Shown: in pieces, positions 40,915 through 53,763 of the stretch
Numbering within the stretch: the stretch's first letter is position 1
Layout: every line of letters begins with the position of its first letter
Assembly: GCF_009914755.1 (NCBI RefSeq)
Contig: NC_060926.1
DNA from: the human T2T-CHM13v2.0 reference genome, Homo sapiens
Length of the DNA: 64,000 nt
Direction: 5' to 3' (one strand)
Translations under genes and position numbers: made by a program
Notes under the pieces: model-generated
Database searches by the model: none
Seen by the model: only the letters and a program-made list of their open reading frames with translations
What the model was told of the DNA's origin: nothing

Positions 40915-41420
40915 TCATTTCATTCATTCAACATTCATGCAGTGTTTTTAGTGACTTCATTTAATTTATTTTGCTTTTATTGAGAACTTACTATGTGACA
41001 GGTTTTATGTTGGGAAATGGGAGTACAAAGATAAATAAGCTATAAATATGCCTTTGAGGAACTTAGAGCCCAATCCAGGAAAACCCATTTAGTCATTCAA
41101 CAAAGATTCAATGAGCTGCTACAGAGGAGTCAGGCACTGCTCTTATGAAACTGTTCAGGGGAAACAGTAAAGCAAATAAACACATCAATCACATTGGCAG
41201 GTGACAAGTGCTAGGAAGAAAGTCAAGCATAAAACAGTGGTGGGAGGGTGACTGAGGATGGGCAGAAAGACCCTCCAGTACTTGAGTTAAAAGAGAAAGA
41301 CACCCGTGCCAAGCTGTGTAGCCAGAGTGACCATCCAGTGAAAAGACAGGCAGGAATGGATTAAGTTCAAGAAAAGAATGTAGGCCAGGAAGGCAGGACA
41401 TTCATGGCTGAGGGAAGGGC
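40915..41420 (-). mobile_element. L2 fragments
   Basis: TTCATTCATTCAACA; TTTATTGAGAACTTACTATGTGACAGG; CATTCAACAAAGATTCAATGAGC. Confidence 0.65.
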
Positions 41421-41529
41421 TGTGTCAGGGAGGGTTCTCATCCTCATGATTGCTCCCCACCCACTTAGACCAGGTCTCCATGGAGATCTGAGTGCTCCTG
41501 GTAGAAGCCGAGTTAACAGTTTTTAACAC

Positions 41530-41923
41530 TATATTAGTTTGCAAGGGCTGCCATAAAAAAATACCACAGATGAGGTGGCTTAAACAATAGAAGTTTATTT
41601 TCTCACAGTTCTGGAGACTAGAAGAAGTTCAACATTGAAGTGTCAGCAGGGTTGGTTTCTTCTGAGGCCTCTCTCCTTGGTTTGCAGATGGCTCCCTTCT
41701 CCCTGTGTCATCACACGGCCATTCCTCTGTCTATGTTTTCTGTATCCTCATTTCCTCTTCTTATAAGAAAACCAGCCATATTGGACTAGGGAATACCAAC
41801 ATGGTGTCATTTTGCCTTAATTACCCCATTAAAAGCCTTATGTCCAAATAGTGTCACATGCTAAAGTATTGAGGGTTAGGACTTCAACATGGATTTTAAG
41901 GAGGCACAATTCAGCCCATAACA
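41530..41923 (-). mobile_element. MLT1B-like MaLR solo LTR
   Basis: GGGCTGCCATAAAAAAATACCACAGA...TTTCTCACAGTTCTGGAG...GTTAGGACTTCAACAT...ACAATTCAGCCCATAACA. Confidence 0.9.
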
Positions 41924-42059
41924 TATCCCTTAAGTTAAATGTGCAGGCTGAGAGCAGGAGGATTGTTTACTATTATAATATGATACATTTAGCCAAGGGC
42001 TGAGTCATAAGGACATGATAGGCTATGAGAAAATATACATTTTAAGAGAAATGGGAAAC

Positions 42060-42500
42060 TCTTGGGTTTTTGTCATGGTGTGCTTCTTTAAAGATCAGTT
42101 TGGTTGCTGTGTGGAGAATGAATTCTCTGAATAATCAAGAAATGTAGGTGATTTGAATTAGGGTGTTAGAGAAGATGGCAAGAATTGCTCAGATGCAGGA
42201 TCTATTTTGAGGTAGAGTCAGCAGAATTAGCTGATGAAGTAGATGTAGAGATTAGTAGGAATAAAGGAATTAAGAAGGATAAAAGTGGTTTTAGCTACTG
42301 AGTGTAGTCAGTGGATTCCAGCATTTACTCTTTCTAGCTATGATCTCCAGCAAGTAACTAAATCACTATGAGTCTCTGTTTTCTCACATGTAAGATGGAG
42401 CTAATAATATTTTCTTCCCAAGTTAGTTGTAAGGATCAACTGAAATAATGCCTGTAAAATGCCTTGCAGAGTGTTTGGCAAAATAAGTTGTCAGTGGACA
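42060..42500. mobile_element. L2 (-, ~42060-42290) followed by MIR (+, ~42295-42500)
   Basis: GGTTGCTGTGTGGAGAATG; GAGTCTCTGTTTTCTCACATGTAAGATGGAGCTAATAATA. Confidence 0.65.
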
Positions 42501-44139
42501 TATTAAGTGCCAGTCATATCTAGTTAAAGCTATGTTCATGAAGCAGCTAGGTAGTATCTGATTATATATTCAAATGAGAGGTGCCCACCTCATGTTAGAA
42601 AGAAGGGAAAGCAACGTGGACCAGGAGGAGAAACTCCCTCAGTGGGATGAATGTTGGAGTGATTGTGGAATACCATAATAGGACTTCATTTCATTGAAGA
42701 ACAAGAAGCCCTGAAGTTTCAACTGACTTATCCAAGTAAGAAAGTAGTTTGTCCTAAATTTAAAAATCCCAACTCTGCTACCCCCAGCAGAGCATGGACT
42801 TGTGAAGTAACCACTCTCAGCTACAGTTTCTTCTAAGTAAAATAGATCTGTAACCTGGAGCTGTATCTTCAATTTATTTTTAAAATCTTAGAAAAATTCA
42901 ATCTTACTTCATAAGGTTAAAAAATGTAGGTTAATGATCCTAAGTGGAATCACACTTTTAAAATATATATTTATTTCTTAGAACATTATTAATTATTCAT
43001 TTACATTTTTAAAAAATATTAAACATGATCTAGAGAAAGATTGCCATATTAATACCCCCCTAATATCATATCATTGTATCTGATGGACTTTGTATTTTTA
43101 GCTGTTGTATAATTATCTACTCACCTGGAAACCACTGTTGGGAAATGGTGTAATATTGATCACAAATATCTAAAAAAATGAAATCATTGAATGAGGATCC
43201 AGAATTACTAAAGATGAAAAATTTACCTACTGCACATATCAGTCAGCCAGCTCTTTTGTTACTTTGTCCTTTTGAAAAATAATGTAATTCTAGCTTCTCC
43301 AATGCTGTCAAAGATGGGGATCTGTGAGTGCTGGTCTACTGCCTCCGAGGACTAATCCTGACCAGGTCCCCCGGTCCTTGCTGGCCCATGGTCTGGTGAT
43401 AATATCAACCTCTAGAGGGAGAACTGCAGATTTATAAATTCCAAGTCCACAGAGAAACTGCCCCTCCACTCAGTTCCCCCTGGTTCCAGGCCAAGTGTGA
43501 GCTGAAACTTCTGGGCACCAGGGTGAGGCAGAAACAAGCACTATGAGCAAGACTGGAGGTCAAGTATTGTTTTCCTTTGACTACGTGCTTGCTGCTCCCC
43601 TGGAAACTGCTGCAGGGAGTGTTCTCTCCCTCACCTAATCATTGCCCTCCACCTCCTTAGCCCATATCCCCATGGAGACCTGAATGCTCTTGGCTGAAGC
43701 TGGGAAAGCATTTTTCACACCTTAAATAAAATGTGCAGATTGAGGGTAGAAAGATTATTTTCCATTACAATATGAAACATCCTGGCCCTTTTCCCAGAGC
43801 TTATAATAACCCCTGGAAAAGCTTTTTCCCCTGAAGTATAGTCCTAGAAACCAGCTAGAAATAAACTGGGAAGCCTGGACCACAGATTTGCTAGTGAGGG
43901 AGAGCCCATGCTGTTGGAAAGGTTGGAGCACTGGCCTTGCTACTTGCCTGGATCAAGATGATAAATAGCTAAGTCCCTCCATACCTTTGTCCCCACTCTC
44001 AGAGTCATACAGAAGTAAATATGTTAACTGAGGTTTAACTGTAGGATACTGGAAATCTCAAAGATAGCTAAACACAATGAAAAGTCTTTATCCATTGATC
44101 CCATCCCTTTAATTATCTTTGATACTAGTTGAAATTAAC

Positions 44140-44521
44140 TGGTATCCCCTACTGAATAACTGCTGTAGAAAACAACTCAAATCCCAGTAGATTAATGCTA
44201 TAAATGTTTATTTCTTGCTCATACTATAGTGAGATGATTATATGATGGGCATGCTTCCACAAAGAGGTTTAGGAACCCAGGGTCCTTCCATTTCCAGGGC
44301 CATGAAGTCTTCTACCACATCCTCTACATTTGGTGTGAAAGACCTTGTATGAGAGTTGAGGAGCCAGGCACAAATATAGTGCATTTTACTATACCACAAT
44401 AATATTGTCTGGAACTCAATCACATGGCACCACCCAACTTAAGAAAGTCCACAAAATGTACTATACTGAATGCCAAAGGATAGGAAACTCACAGAGGTTG
44501 ATGAGCACATTCTCTGCTGTA
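44140..44521 (-). mobile_element. MLT1K/L-like LTR
   Basis: AACAACTCAAATCCCAGTAG...GTTTATTTCTTGCTCATAC...GGAACTCAATCACATGGCACCACCCAACT. Confidence 0.6.
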
Positions 44522-44840
44522 TCTCACAAAGAATAAAAGGTCAGTTTGAGTCATTAGTCATGGCCTATCAGTGGGAATGAAGAATTTAAGAGAAAGTTGA
44601 GATAAAAAGAAAGGAGACTTCGGGGGCTGGAGAGAGAAGAAGGAAGTACTGGTAGAAAACTTTCTCACATCATCTTTCCTGTCCACTGTCACAAACTTTT
44701 ATACAAAAGCTTATAGAATTTATTTCTGTGCATTGTAACTATGTAATGTTTACCTATTTATCTCTTCTGCCCCTAACTTGAGGGTAAAGGAAATCTGCTA
44801 CTGATTTTTGAATCTCCAGGACCTGCGTTATAATAGATGT

Positions 44841-45423
44841 TGTGTTATTTTTCTATGCTGAGTTAACAAGTTACCATATACGTAGCATCTTAGAACAATG
44901 CCCATTCACTCTCTCACAATTGCTGTGCGTCAAGTCAAGACACAGCTTAACTGGGTTCTCTGCTACAGGCTTAATTTAATATGTAGGTCAGGCTGTGTTG
45001 CCATGTGAAGGCTCAACTGGAGAAGAATCTGCTTTTCAGCTCACTCAGGTTGTTAGCAGCATTCATCTTGTATGGTTGTGGGAGTATGGTCTTGGCCTCT
45101 TGCTGGCTGTCACCCAGGGACCACTCTCAGCCCTAAGAAGCCACCTGCAGTTTCTTGTCATGTGGTCTTCTTCACAGACCCTCTGCAACATGACGGTTTA
45201 CATCTTTAAAGTCAGTAAGGGAGAAAGTTTCTAGAGCCAGTCTTCTAGCAAGACAGTCATACAATGTGACATAATCACATCACATGATTGAGTGATATCC
45301 CATCACTTTGACCATATTCTACTGTTTACAAGCAAGTCACAGATCCCACCCATACTCAGTGAAGGGAACTATGCAAGGAGTGAATATCAGAGGGCAGGAA
45401 TCATAAAGTTTGTCTTCTACACA
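44841..45423 (-). mobile_element. MLT1E-like MaLR solo LTR
   Basis: GGCTCAACTGGAGAAGAATCTGCTT...CAGGTTGTTAGCAGCATTCA; flanked by AGATGT on both sides (44835-44840, 45424-45429). Confidence 0.85.
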
Positions 45424-45494
45424 AGATGTTTTAATTTAATGAATAGATGAACAGATGAGGAAAGGACCACATACAGGGGGCTGGAAATGAAGCA

Positions 45495-45526
45495 AGATAA
45501 TACTTTGCAAAGATAATACTTTGCAA
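45495..45526. repeat. Perfect 16-bp tandem duplication
   Basis: AGATAATACTTTGCAA x2. Confidence 0.95.
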
Positions 45527-46962
45527 GATTTCCAAACCTGGAATCTTATTATTGATTATCACCTATAACATGACAATAATTATACTCACTTCACAAGACT
45601 ATCAGGAGATTTAAATAAAAAATGCAGATAACATATCGAATAAAATGCTAGCAAAAGGAGGTGTGCAACAAGTCTTCCTTTTCTCTGATTTTCTGATGAC
45701 CTTGAGAGGTCTTTTCTTCATGCTGGGGCTCAGCTGGCTCATCTGTAAATGAGTGTGTTAGCTCCAGAAGATATCCTGTTGCTCACTACCAACTTGAAAT
45801 CTCACATCACTGGACAGCAATGACTTAACCCAACAGTTACTTGTACACAGTCTCCTCATGAAAAAAAAAGAACTTGAAAAAATAAACTGAAGACAAAAGA
45901 TAAGGGTCTTCCCTTCTGCCACATAATCATGGACTTAAGGGCAAAAAAATGTAATTCTCCTTGGTCAGCCAGTTGGAGACATTTTGAAAGTTGGATGTGA
46001 AAGATTAGCCATATAAAACTTTGTATGGAACACTTAGAGATTAGATCATCTGGCTCATTTTATATATTGCTGTCTTCCTAACTGGTTGGAATCTTCAGGG
46101 AGAGAAGTTTGGCTTTCTTTTTCCTTTGAGTAGCTGTTTACAAAACATAACTTTGATTTAAACAACAACTCTAGCTCCATTACAACTGAGAGAGAGGAAT
46201 TTCTAACATTTTAAAATCTAGAAATGGAAACTTACATTTCTGGTTAATTGGCTTAAAATGGGAGTCAGTTACTCTATGTCATCAAGGAGCAGATAGGGGA
46301 GAAAAACAAAGGAGGATCAAGTCACCACTTGGATTGATAACCATGCTGGCTGAGGATGCTGTTAACTTCCTGGGCTCCATCTATGATTTTTCTCTTTATG
46401 CAACTCTTTTCTGGGTTTCTATTTGTCACATTCAGAAATCCCTGCTTTCTCTCCAACTCTCTTCCTTGCCATGTATGTCTGGCACACCCAGAAGAATTAG
46501 GGGGTAATAGTAACAGAATTATTATTCAGGCTGAGACTGTTTCCTTTTTCTTCTTCTCAAAATGAGGTGTCCGAGTGTTTGAAAAATTTGGCCAACTGTT
46601 TGGATAGACACTCTTGCAGTTTATTGTCCCTCATGAGGCCACCGTGAACATTTCTGGGGCATTCTGAGGTACTCTGACTGCAATCAGAATGTCTTACGTC
46701 TATCAGCTTGAAAATAGATCTGTAGATGTAACTTGAACTTAGAATTCAAGACAAAGTTACACCCGTATTTTCTTTGTCTTGATTTCTTAAAGCCTGCATA
46801 TGTAATCACGGATACTGCAGGAGTAGGAGACATGCCTGTGCTTGAGTGCCTCCTGAGATGTTTCACCCCAGGTGCCTCACCCATTTTGCCCCCGTTCTCT
46901 TCCTGCTAAATAGGGCAGGAAGCTCCTCACTGAGATCTAAAATGAGCTGGGCATGAAGATTG

Positions 46963-47475
46963 TATATTAGCTTCCTAGGGCCGCCATAACAAATTCCTAC
47001 AAATTTGGGGGCTTCAACAACAGAAATTCATCGTCCAATTGTTCTGAAGGCTAGAAGTTCAAAATCAAGGTGTTGGCAGGGCCATGCTTCCTCAAAAGAC
47101 TCTAGGACAGAATTTTTCCTTGTCCATTTCAGCATCTGGTGGTCCCAGGTGTTCTTTGGTTTGTGGCAATGTAAGTCCAACATCTGCCTCAGACTTCAAA
47201 TGACCTTCTCTCTCTGTGTCTTCTCCTCTTCTCATAAGGACAACATTGTATTAGATTGGTACAAAATAATTGCGGTTTTTTGCCATTGCTTTCAATGGAA
47301 AAGACCACAATTACTTTTGCACCAACACAATATTTAGGGCCCACCCAGGTAATCCAGGATGATCTCATCTCAAGATCTTTAATTTAATTACATCTGCAAG
47401 GCCCTTTTTACAAAGCAGATCACACAGACTTCAGGTGAACACAGCTTTTGGGGACTCACCATTCACCTCAAGACA
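46963..47475 (-). mobile_element. MLT1C-like MaLR LTR interrupted by MADE1
   Basis: TCAAGGTGTTGGCAGGGCCATGCT...AATCCAGGATGATCTCATCTCAAGATC...TAATTACATCTGCAA. Confidence 0.88.
47251..47330. mobile_element. MADE1 (Hsmar1-derived MITE), full 80 bp
   Basis: TTAGATTGGTACAAAATAATTGCGGTTTTTTGCCATT...AATGGAAAAGACCACAATTACTTTTGCACCAACACAA, TA duplication at 47249-50 and 47331-32. Confidence 0.93.
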
Positions 47476-47592
47476 GATTGGAATCAAGAGATTGAAATCC
47501 AGAACTTCAGACCATGAGATGATGATTTGTGAAGGATTATTTATTCAACATGTCTTTGCTGAGTGCTAGCTCTGTCCCCAATACTATGGTCT

Positions 47593-48294
47593 TGTTACAG
47601 TAGGTAACTAGACAGACATGAGCAGAGCAGGAGAGGGCTCCCCTCGTCCCCACCACCACACGCACCAGGAATATCAGGTGACCATCAGGTGATGGTCAGG
47701 CGGTTGTTAACTGCCTCTCTAAAATAATAATTGGTTGCAGTTGGTGCCAGGGAAAGGCAATGTCTTAATAGATAGGAAAAACCTGAAACTGGCAACCAGT
47801 AGCTTCCCAGTAAGATCTCAGGAGCTGGGTGAGTGGGCTCACACATGTTTGCTAAGAGGCAAAATGACAGAGTTTAACTGGTATATCACCTCCTAGAAAC
47901 ATTTGACTTGTCAGGAAAGAATGCCTCTATGGAGCGTGTGTACAACTCCAATAAACACACCAACTGAGCTTGCTCCCCTCCCAAGTGCTAGTAGGCCACT
48001 GTGCATGCAGACAGCCCACCCCAACAAAAGACCCCGGAAGTGTGCCAACGTATAAAACCCCAAGTCAAAGGTCAAATAGAGCACTTGATCTCTCAAGTTG
48101 CCCGCTTGGCCCTCTTCCAAGCATACTTTACTTCCTTTCCTTCCTGATCTAAAGCTTTTTAATAAACTTCCATTCCTGCTCTGAAACTTGCCTCAGACTC
48201 TCTTTTTGCCTTATCCCCCTCTGTCCGATTCTTTCTTCTGAGGAGGCAAGAACTCAGATTCCTGCAGGCCCCTATGGATCCACTGCCACTAACA
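47593..48294 (+). mobile_element. MER50 ERV1 solo LTR, near full length
   Basis: TGTTACAGTAGGTAACTAGACAGACATGAGCAGAGCAGGAGAGGGC...CACTAACA; TATAAAA 48051-57; AATAAA 48161-66; flanks GTCT/GCCT. Confidence 0.88.
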
Positions 48295-48899
48295 GCCTCC
48301 AAGTGAGACAAGGTTGAAGATGGCAGTAATGAAACTGACATGATTTTGTCTCACATCTCCTTAAAACAATACCAAAACAAAAATATTTTAGCTACACTCT
48401 CTCAAGGGACTTAAAATCTATTGGGAGAGAAAGACAAAGACAAGTCAACAGAACGTTTGATTCAGGGTGGTGAGTGCTAACGAAGGCACACAGCATTGGT
48501 TTTAAGAATAGGGTGGCTGATGGCGTTTAACTCAGTGCAGTGTTCAAGGAGCTCCAGCCCAATCGGTGCCTTGGCATGATGTGTATTTAAAAAAATATTT
48601 AAGAACAAAAAGAAGAGGCTTCAATTTTTAAAAATATGTTCAGTAAAAGTACATTTGATGTGGCCAAATAAATCACTAATGACTGAAGTTGGTGAAGTAA
48701 TGAAGCAACGAATTTTAGTCACTCTAAAATCAATCTCAGCAACACATCGCTAAGTATTCAAATTCTACCCATCCTGACAGGTCAAACTCAGGTTTACCTT
48801 CTAGAAACTCTTCCAGACGACCAGAACCAGTAAGAATCACACAATTCTGATTTCATAAGACTCCCAAAACTATGTTGGCGTTTCTAAGCCAGCTCCTGC

Positions 48900-49733
48900 C
48901 TGGGCCTCTTGTCTCAGTATAAGGCACCACTATTCAATTCCACAGCAAGTTCTGTAGGCCCGACTGCCAAACATATCTGGATTCTCTCCACATCACTAGT
49001 AGCACCTTGTCCAAAACAACATGATTTATTGCTTGAAGAATTGTGTTATCTCTTAACTAGTCCCCCTCCTTCTATCCCATTCCTTCCACCATCTATTTTC
49101 GGCAGAGCAGTAATTATGATCTCTTGCAAACATGAACAATGTTAATCATTTGCCTAAAACTCTCCAATGTCTTCCCATTGCACTTGAAATGAAATTGAGG
49201 CACCTTACCTTGACCTAAAAGGCTTTATATGACCATGTCCCTATAGACCTCTCTGAAAATTTCTTCCATCCTTCTCCTCCTTGCAATATAAGCCCCAACC
49301 ACAATGGCTTTCTTTGTGTTTTCTGAACAAATAAGGTTATTGTTAGCCTTAGGGCTCTTGCATATGGTTTTCCTGCCTGTAAACACTCTCGTTTATCTTA
49401 ACAGGTCTATCTTTGCAGTCTTAGCTCAAGCATCACTTTCTCAGTGAGAATTCCTCCAATCCTTTAGTCTAAATTACTCCATCCTCACTCATCCTCTATC
49501 ATTCAAGCACAACCATGCCACTCTTCTCCATTTTCTTTATTGCTCTTAACAACTAAAATCATCTTCATTTATTGTTACTTGTTTATTATGTATCTCTTCC
49601 CCACACAGACACTAGAATATAAATGTCATGAGAACTGGGACCTTGTCCGTGTTTTCACCATTGTGTCCCAGTGTCTAGATCAATACGAAGCACACAATAG
49701 ATGCTTAACAAATATTTATTCAATGACTGAATA
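48900..49733 (+). mobile_element. L2a/b 3' fragment
   Basis: CTAAAACTCTCCAATGTCTTCCCATTGCACTT...CTAGAATATAAATGTCATGAG...AAATATTTATTCAATGACTGAAT. Confidence 0.8.
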
Positions 49734-49753
49734 ACAAATGCAGTGTTGTCTCT

Positions 49754-49923
49754 CTCTCTCTCTCTTTGGAAACAGCATCTCACTCTCTGTCACCCAGTCT
49801 AGAGTGTAGTGGTGTGATCGTAGGTCACTACAGCTTTTTTGAACTCCTGGATTCAAGTGATCCTCCAGCCTCAGCCTCTTGAGTAGCTAGGACTACAGGC
49901 ACATGCCATCATGCCTGGCTAAT

Positions 49924-49963
<40 letters not shown>

Positions 49964-50103
49964 AGGTATATGTGTATGTATGTATTTGTAGAGACAGGGT
50001 CTCAATTTCTTGCCCAACTTGGCCTCAAACTCCAGCTTCAAGCGGTCTTCCTGCCTTGGTCTCCTAAAGTGCTGGGATTACAGGTGTGAGCCACCATGCC
50101 CAG
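49754..50103 (-). mobile_element. AluJ with (TA)13 expanded in the middle linker and (TC)n tail
   Basis: GAACTCCTGGATTCAAGTGATCCTCC (J-type); perfect 16-bp TSD ATGCAGTGTTGTCTCT at 49738-49753 and 50104-50119. Confidence 0.95.
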
Positions 50104-51979
50104 ATGCAGTGTTGTCTCTTGTTCTCAATTGCTTAAATATATTAATTGTGGTCTTTTAACTCCATAAGCTCCATGAAAGAAGACATCATTTTATTGTTCT
50201 CCACACATGTAGTTGCCTTCAGCAAATACACATTTAGCTGTTTTGGAAAGGAGAATAAGGAATGGTGTTCTAGGATTTCTGCTGAATACCTTTTGGGTCC
50301 CTCTTGTGTTTTAGAGTCTCTGTCCTTGGTCAGCTTTCCTTCGTTGTTTATTTGAAGAGATTAAGGCCATTTCTTGTGAGTGGTTTCTATTTCTCCTTTG
50401 GTAAACTCATACTGGGCCATCTAAGAAATCTAGTATGAGCAGGTCTCCCCCTTCTTTTGGCTCTCTGGTCCTGTGACTCTATTTCCACTTCTAAGTGTCT
50501 TACATACCACAGGAAACTCTATCTCACAACAGCTTCCAGGCTCTTATCTGTAGAAATAAGAAACAAACAAGTAAAAAAAAAAAGTAGCAGCAATGACTAG
50601 CATCTGCAAGAGTATACTGTGCTTTACCAAAACTTCAACTTTGAACTTCTAGAAATACTTACCAACTTGCCTTAATAGCCATCATCATTGCATTTATGGC
50701 ACTTTGGTCCTGTCTCCCTATGGCCAAAGGAAGTTCTCTCTGTATCTCTTTTACTGTCAGTGTATCCCTGAAACCAGCAAGATTTGTGAATGATGTGCCT
50801 CAGGAGATTGCATTAGGGTAGCCTGGGTCAGACAGACTCTGCTCTCTGTGTGAAGTAATCCTATCTGTGTGTGCTCTGGTTTTAAAGTTGACCCTCATTA
50901 ATCATGGCCTTGGTTCCCTTAGACATTCCAGAGCTGATCTATTCTCATTTTCCCGTGAGCAACAATCTATATAGACCCCCAAATACGTTATTTATTCCTG
51001 AAATGGCTTGGTCTGGCATCACCCAGCCCTTCTATAACCTCCTGTGTATGAAAGAGAAATGAATGACTTGGGCAACATCAAAGTGTTGTTTTACTTTCCA
51101 TATAGTCATTAACTTTAAATGTTCCCAAACTAATAGTCCAAGACATTGTAAAGAGGTAATAAGTTCAAAGGAATATGAAACATAAAGCAGAACTCCAGAG
51201 TCATTTGAAAGTATTTTCTCTAAATGTGTGCAAGCTTTCAAGGCTGCTCGGCAAAGGAGCCTGGGTCGGCATGTTGGCTAGTGCTGAAAAGAATTTCCCC
51301 CAAGTGGAGTGTGTAAATGAGTTGCCAGGCCAACCTCCTTGAGAGCGGAGCCACGTCCTTAGAGGATCTGCTGTTCCAGAGAATGCGGCACTGAGCTGGC
51401 TCATTCCTCCTTCTATTAAAGGCTAATTTGTCTCTTTCTTTAAATCTCTTTCCTTGTTTGGATCTGGATGCCCTGGGTCACTTAGGGAGGGTTTGTCCAT
51501 TGCTCTCCAAAATAGGGTGTCTCTGTATAAGAGAAAATTACAAAGGGATTAAGTTATATAAACTGAAGATCCAAGTTCCTGCTATAAAATCTCTAGTCAT
51601 TGAATCAATTCGGGTGTAGAATAAAGGTTAGAGCCCTATATATTGTTCTGTGACATCAGAGTTAAAAAATAGTTTGTTTGAGCAGACAAATCTCATCCTT
51701 TGAAAAACCCACCAGAGAATGGAGTTTTTCCTTGAGCAGACTTGTTTAGGAAGCTGTCGTGGACACAAAGTGTTTCTGCTGTTGCTCGAACCTTCAGATT
51801 CTCATAATTTTTCATGGCACTGGGCAACTGTGGATTTTCATTCTAGCCACTCATTTGAGGCAGGGATTTAGTACCTAAAAAGAGCGTAGCTGACTTTCAT
51901 TTCGAGAAGAAAAACAATGAAATGCAAGACAATTTTGATTGTTATGTCTTCTCTTTACATATTTTCATCTCCTCTTTCT

Positions 51980-53340
51980 TTGCATGCAGACTTATTTTTA
52001 CGTACTCATAATCAGAGGAAGCCAACTGCATTTTGTTCTACTTATTTTCACTTAACATTATGCCATGGGCATATATCATCCTGCTATGTCATTTCCATAA
52101 GAGTTATTTTAATTAGTACTTCAGTTTCCATTGGATCTACTTAACCATTTACCTATTACTGGATATTTAGATTGTTTCCAAATTTTTCATTATTAATGAT
52201 AACTCAGCAATAAGTATTTTTGAGCATGGATATTTGCCTTCTTTCAAGGTAATTATGTCAGAATGGAATCCCCTTATAATGGAATTATCAGGTGCAAACA
52301 CATAACTATTTTTCTGGCTCTTTATACAAGCGTGTATGTTGCTTTGCAGAAGGCTTTGTTCAGTTACAGGGTTTACTTGCTATTGTTCAGGTACCATTTC
52401 ACCACACCCACACCCACATTGGATGTAGTGAAGAAGGAAATATTAGGTATCCCAGAGACTTTGAGCTGTGGTAGGCACTGACCAAAACCAAAAATCATGA
52501 CAAGCGGAATTCAGTTAAATTGAATATTATATACAGATACCACTTAATAGACATCTTGCTTTTATTGGGTTTTTATTATCATTTTCTTTCTTAAAACTAG
52601 TATGATTATAAAAGAAATATATGATTTATTATAATACATTTTAAAATTTGAGAAAGAATAAAACTAAAATAATTTATACTGCTGCCACCTGAATAAGACA
52701 CCACTGATCTTGTGTAGTAATTCTGATTATCGTTCTATGCACGCATTTTAAAAAACAAAAATAGAATCAGACAGAATACATTGGATTTTAATCTGTTTTT
52801 CATTTAATAGCATAATATGAACAATAGACATGTAATGGACACTTTTGCCATAATAACAGTTTTAATGACTATTTAAATTTATTATATGAATATATTAAAT
52901 CTCCTATGGTTAGCCGTGCAACTTATTTCAACGTTTTCTCTATAATAATTAATGTTGCAGTGATAATTACCATTCCAGTAGATATTTCTTAGTATAAAAC
53001 TATGATAATATCCTAAAGTAAAGTTTTAAAATAGAATTTCAGGATTATAATGTAAGGACAGTTCTCAGCTTGTGCTGAATGTTTGCAGATTGCCCTCCAG
53101 CAATGCTGCCTTGCAGAAGTTGATGAGGTTGCCTATTTCCTGGGCCCTTACCAACATGGCATCACCATCAGTGTGAAAAGAATCTTTACAAGTTTGATGG
53201 ACAAACATAATATTGCTTGACTTTACCATGCATTTTTGATCATCTGTGAATTTAGCCATCTGTTTCCTTATATTTATTTTTATTATGTACATTTTTTGTG
53301 TGTACTTATGTCCTTTAATCTGTTTTATCTATGGCTAACT
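51980..53340 (-). mobile_element. Two L1ME-type 3' fragments (~51980-52440, ~52560-53340)
   Basis: TTACTGGATATTTAGATTGTTTCCAAATTTT; TGCAGATTGCCCTCCAG; TGCATTTTTGATCATCTGTGA. Confidence 0.65.
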
Positions 53341-53749
53341 TTGCTTCTATTTAAACCTCTAAATAGCCACAGAGAAGAGCTGTCTTGTTGTGAGCACTGA
53401 GTGACCTGCATAATGTAGGTATGGGGACATCCCATACCTGCTAGCCATTTTCGAACTGAGACTCTGGCCCTGAATCCCCTAAACTGCTTTGTGTTTCTCT
53501 CTGGCTTAACTGCATTGAATTAATGCTAGGTTTGAACATTAGAATGCAGACAATTCTGAATTTATTCTGGCGAGTAGCACAGATTACCCATGTAGAGTGT
53601 CAGTAGATGAGACCTGAACATAAACTTGTGCTAGATTATAAAAGGCCTTGAATGCTGAAGATTTTAGACTCTTCTGTCAACAATAGGGAGCCATTGAGGA
53701 ATTCTGAGTGGGAGAAAAATATGAAGAAAATATGTGTTTTGGACAGTAT

Positions 53750-53763
53750 CCAGAAGGTGGCGC
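53750..53763 (+). promoter_or_regulatory. Candidate CTCF site
   Basis: CCAGAAGGTGGCGC, 13/14 match to CCASYAGRKGGCRS with CpG retained. Confidence 0.5.

Noticed and set aside
43330-43720. GC-richer patch, possibly an old LTR, with CCTCTAGAGGGAGA CTCF-like motif
   Set aside because: Could not assign a family or termini, and the motif lacks the core C; insufficient support
46828-46847. p53 full site AGACATGCCT-GTGCTTGAGT
   Set aside because: Second half-site has three mismatches
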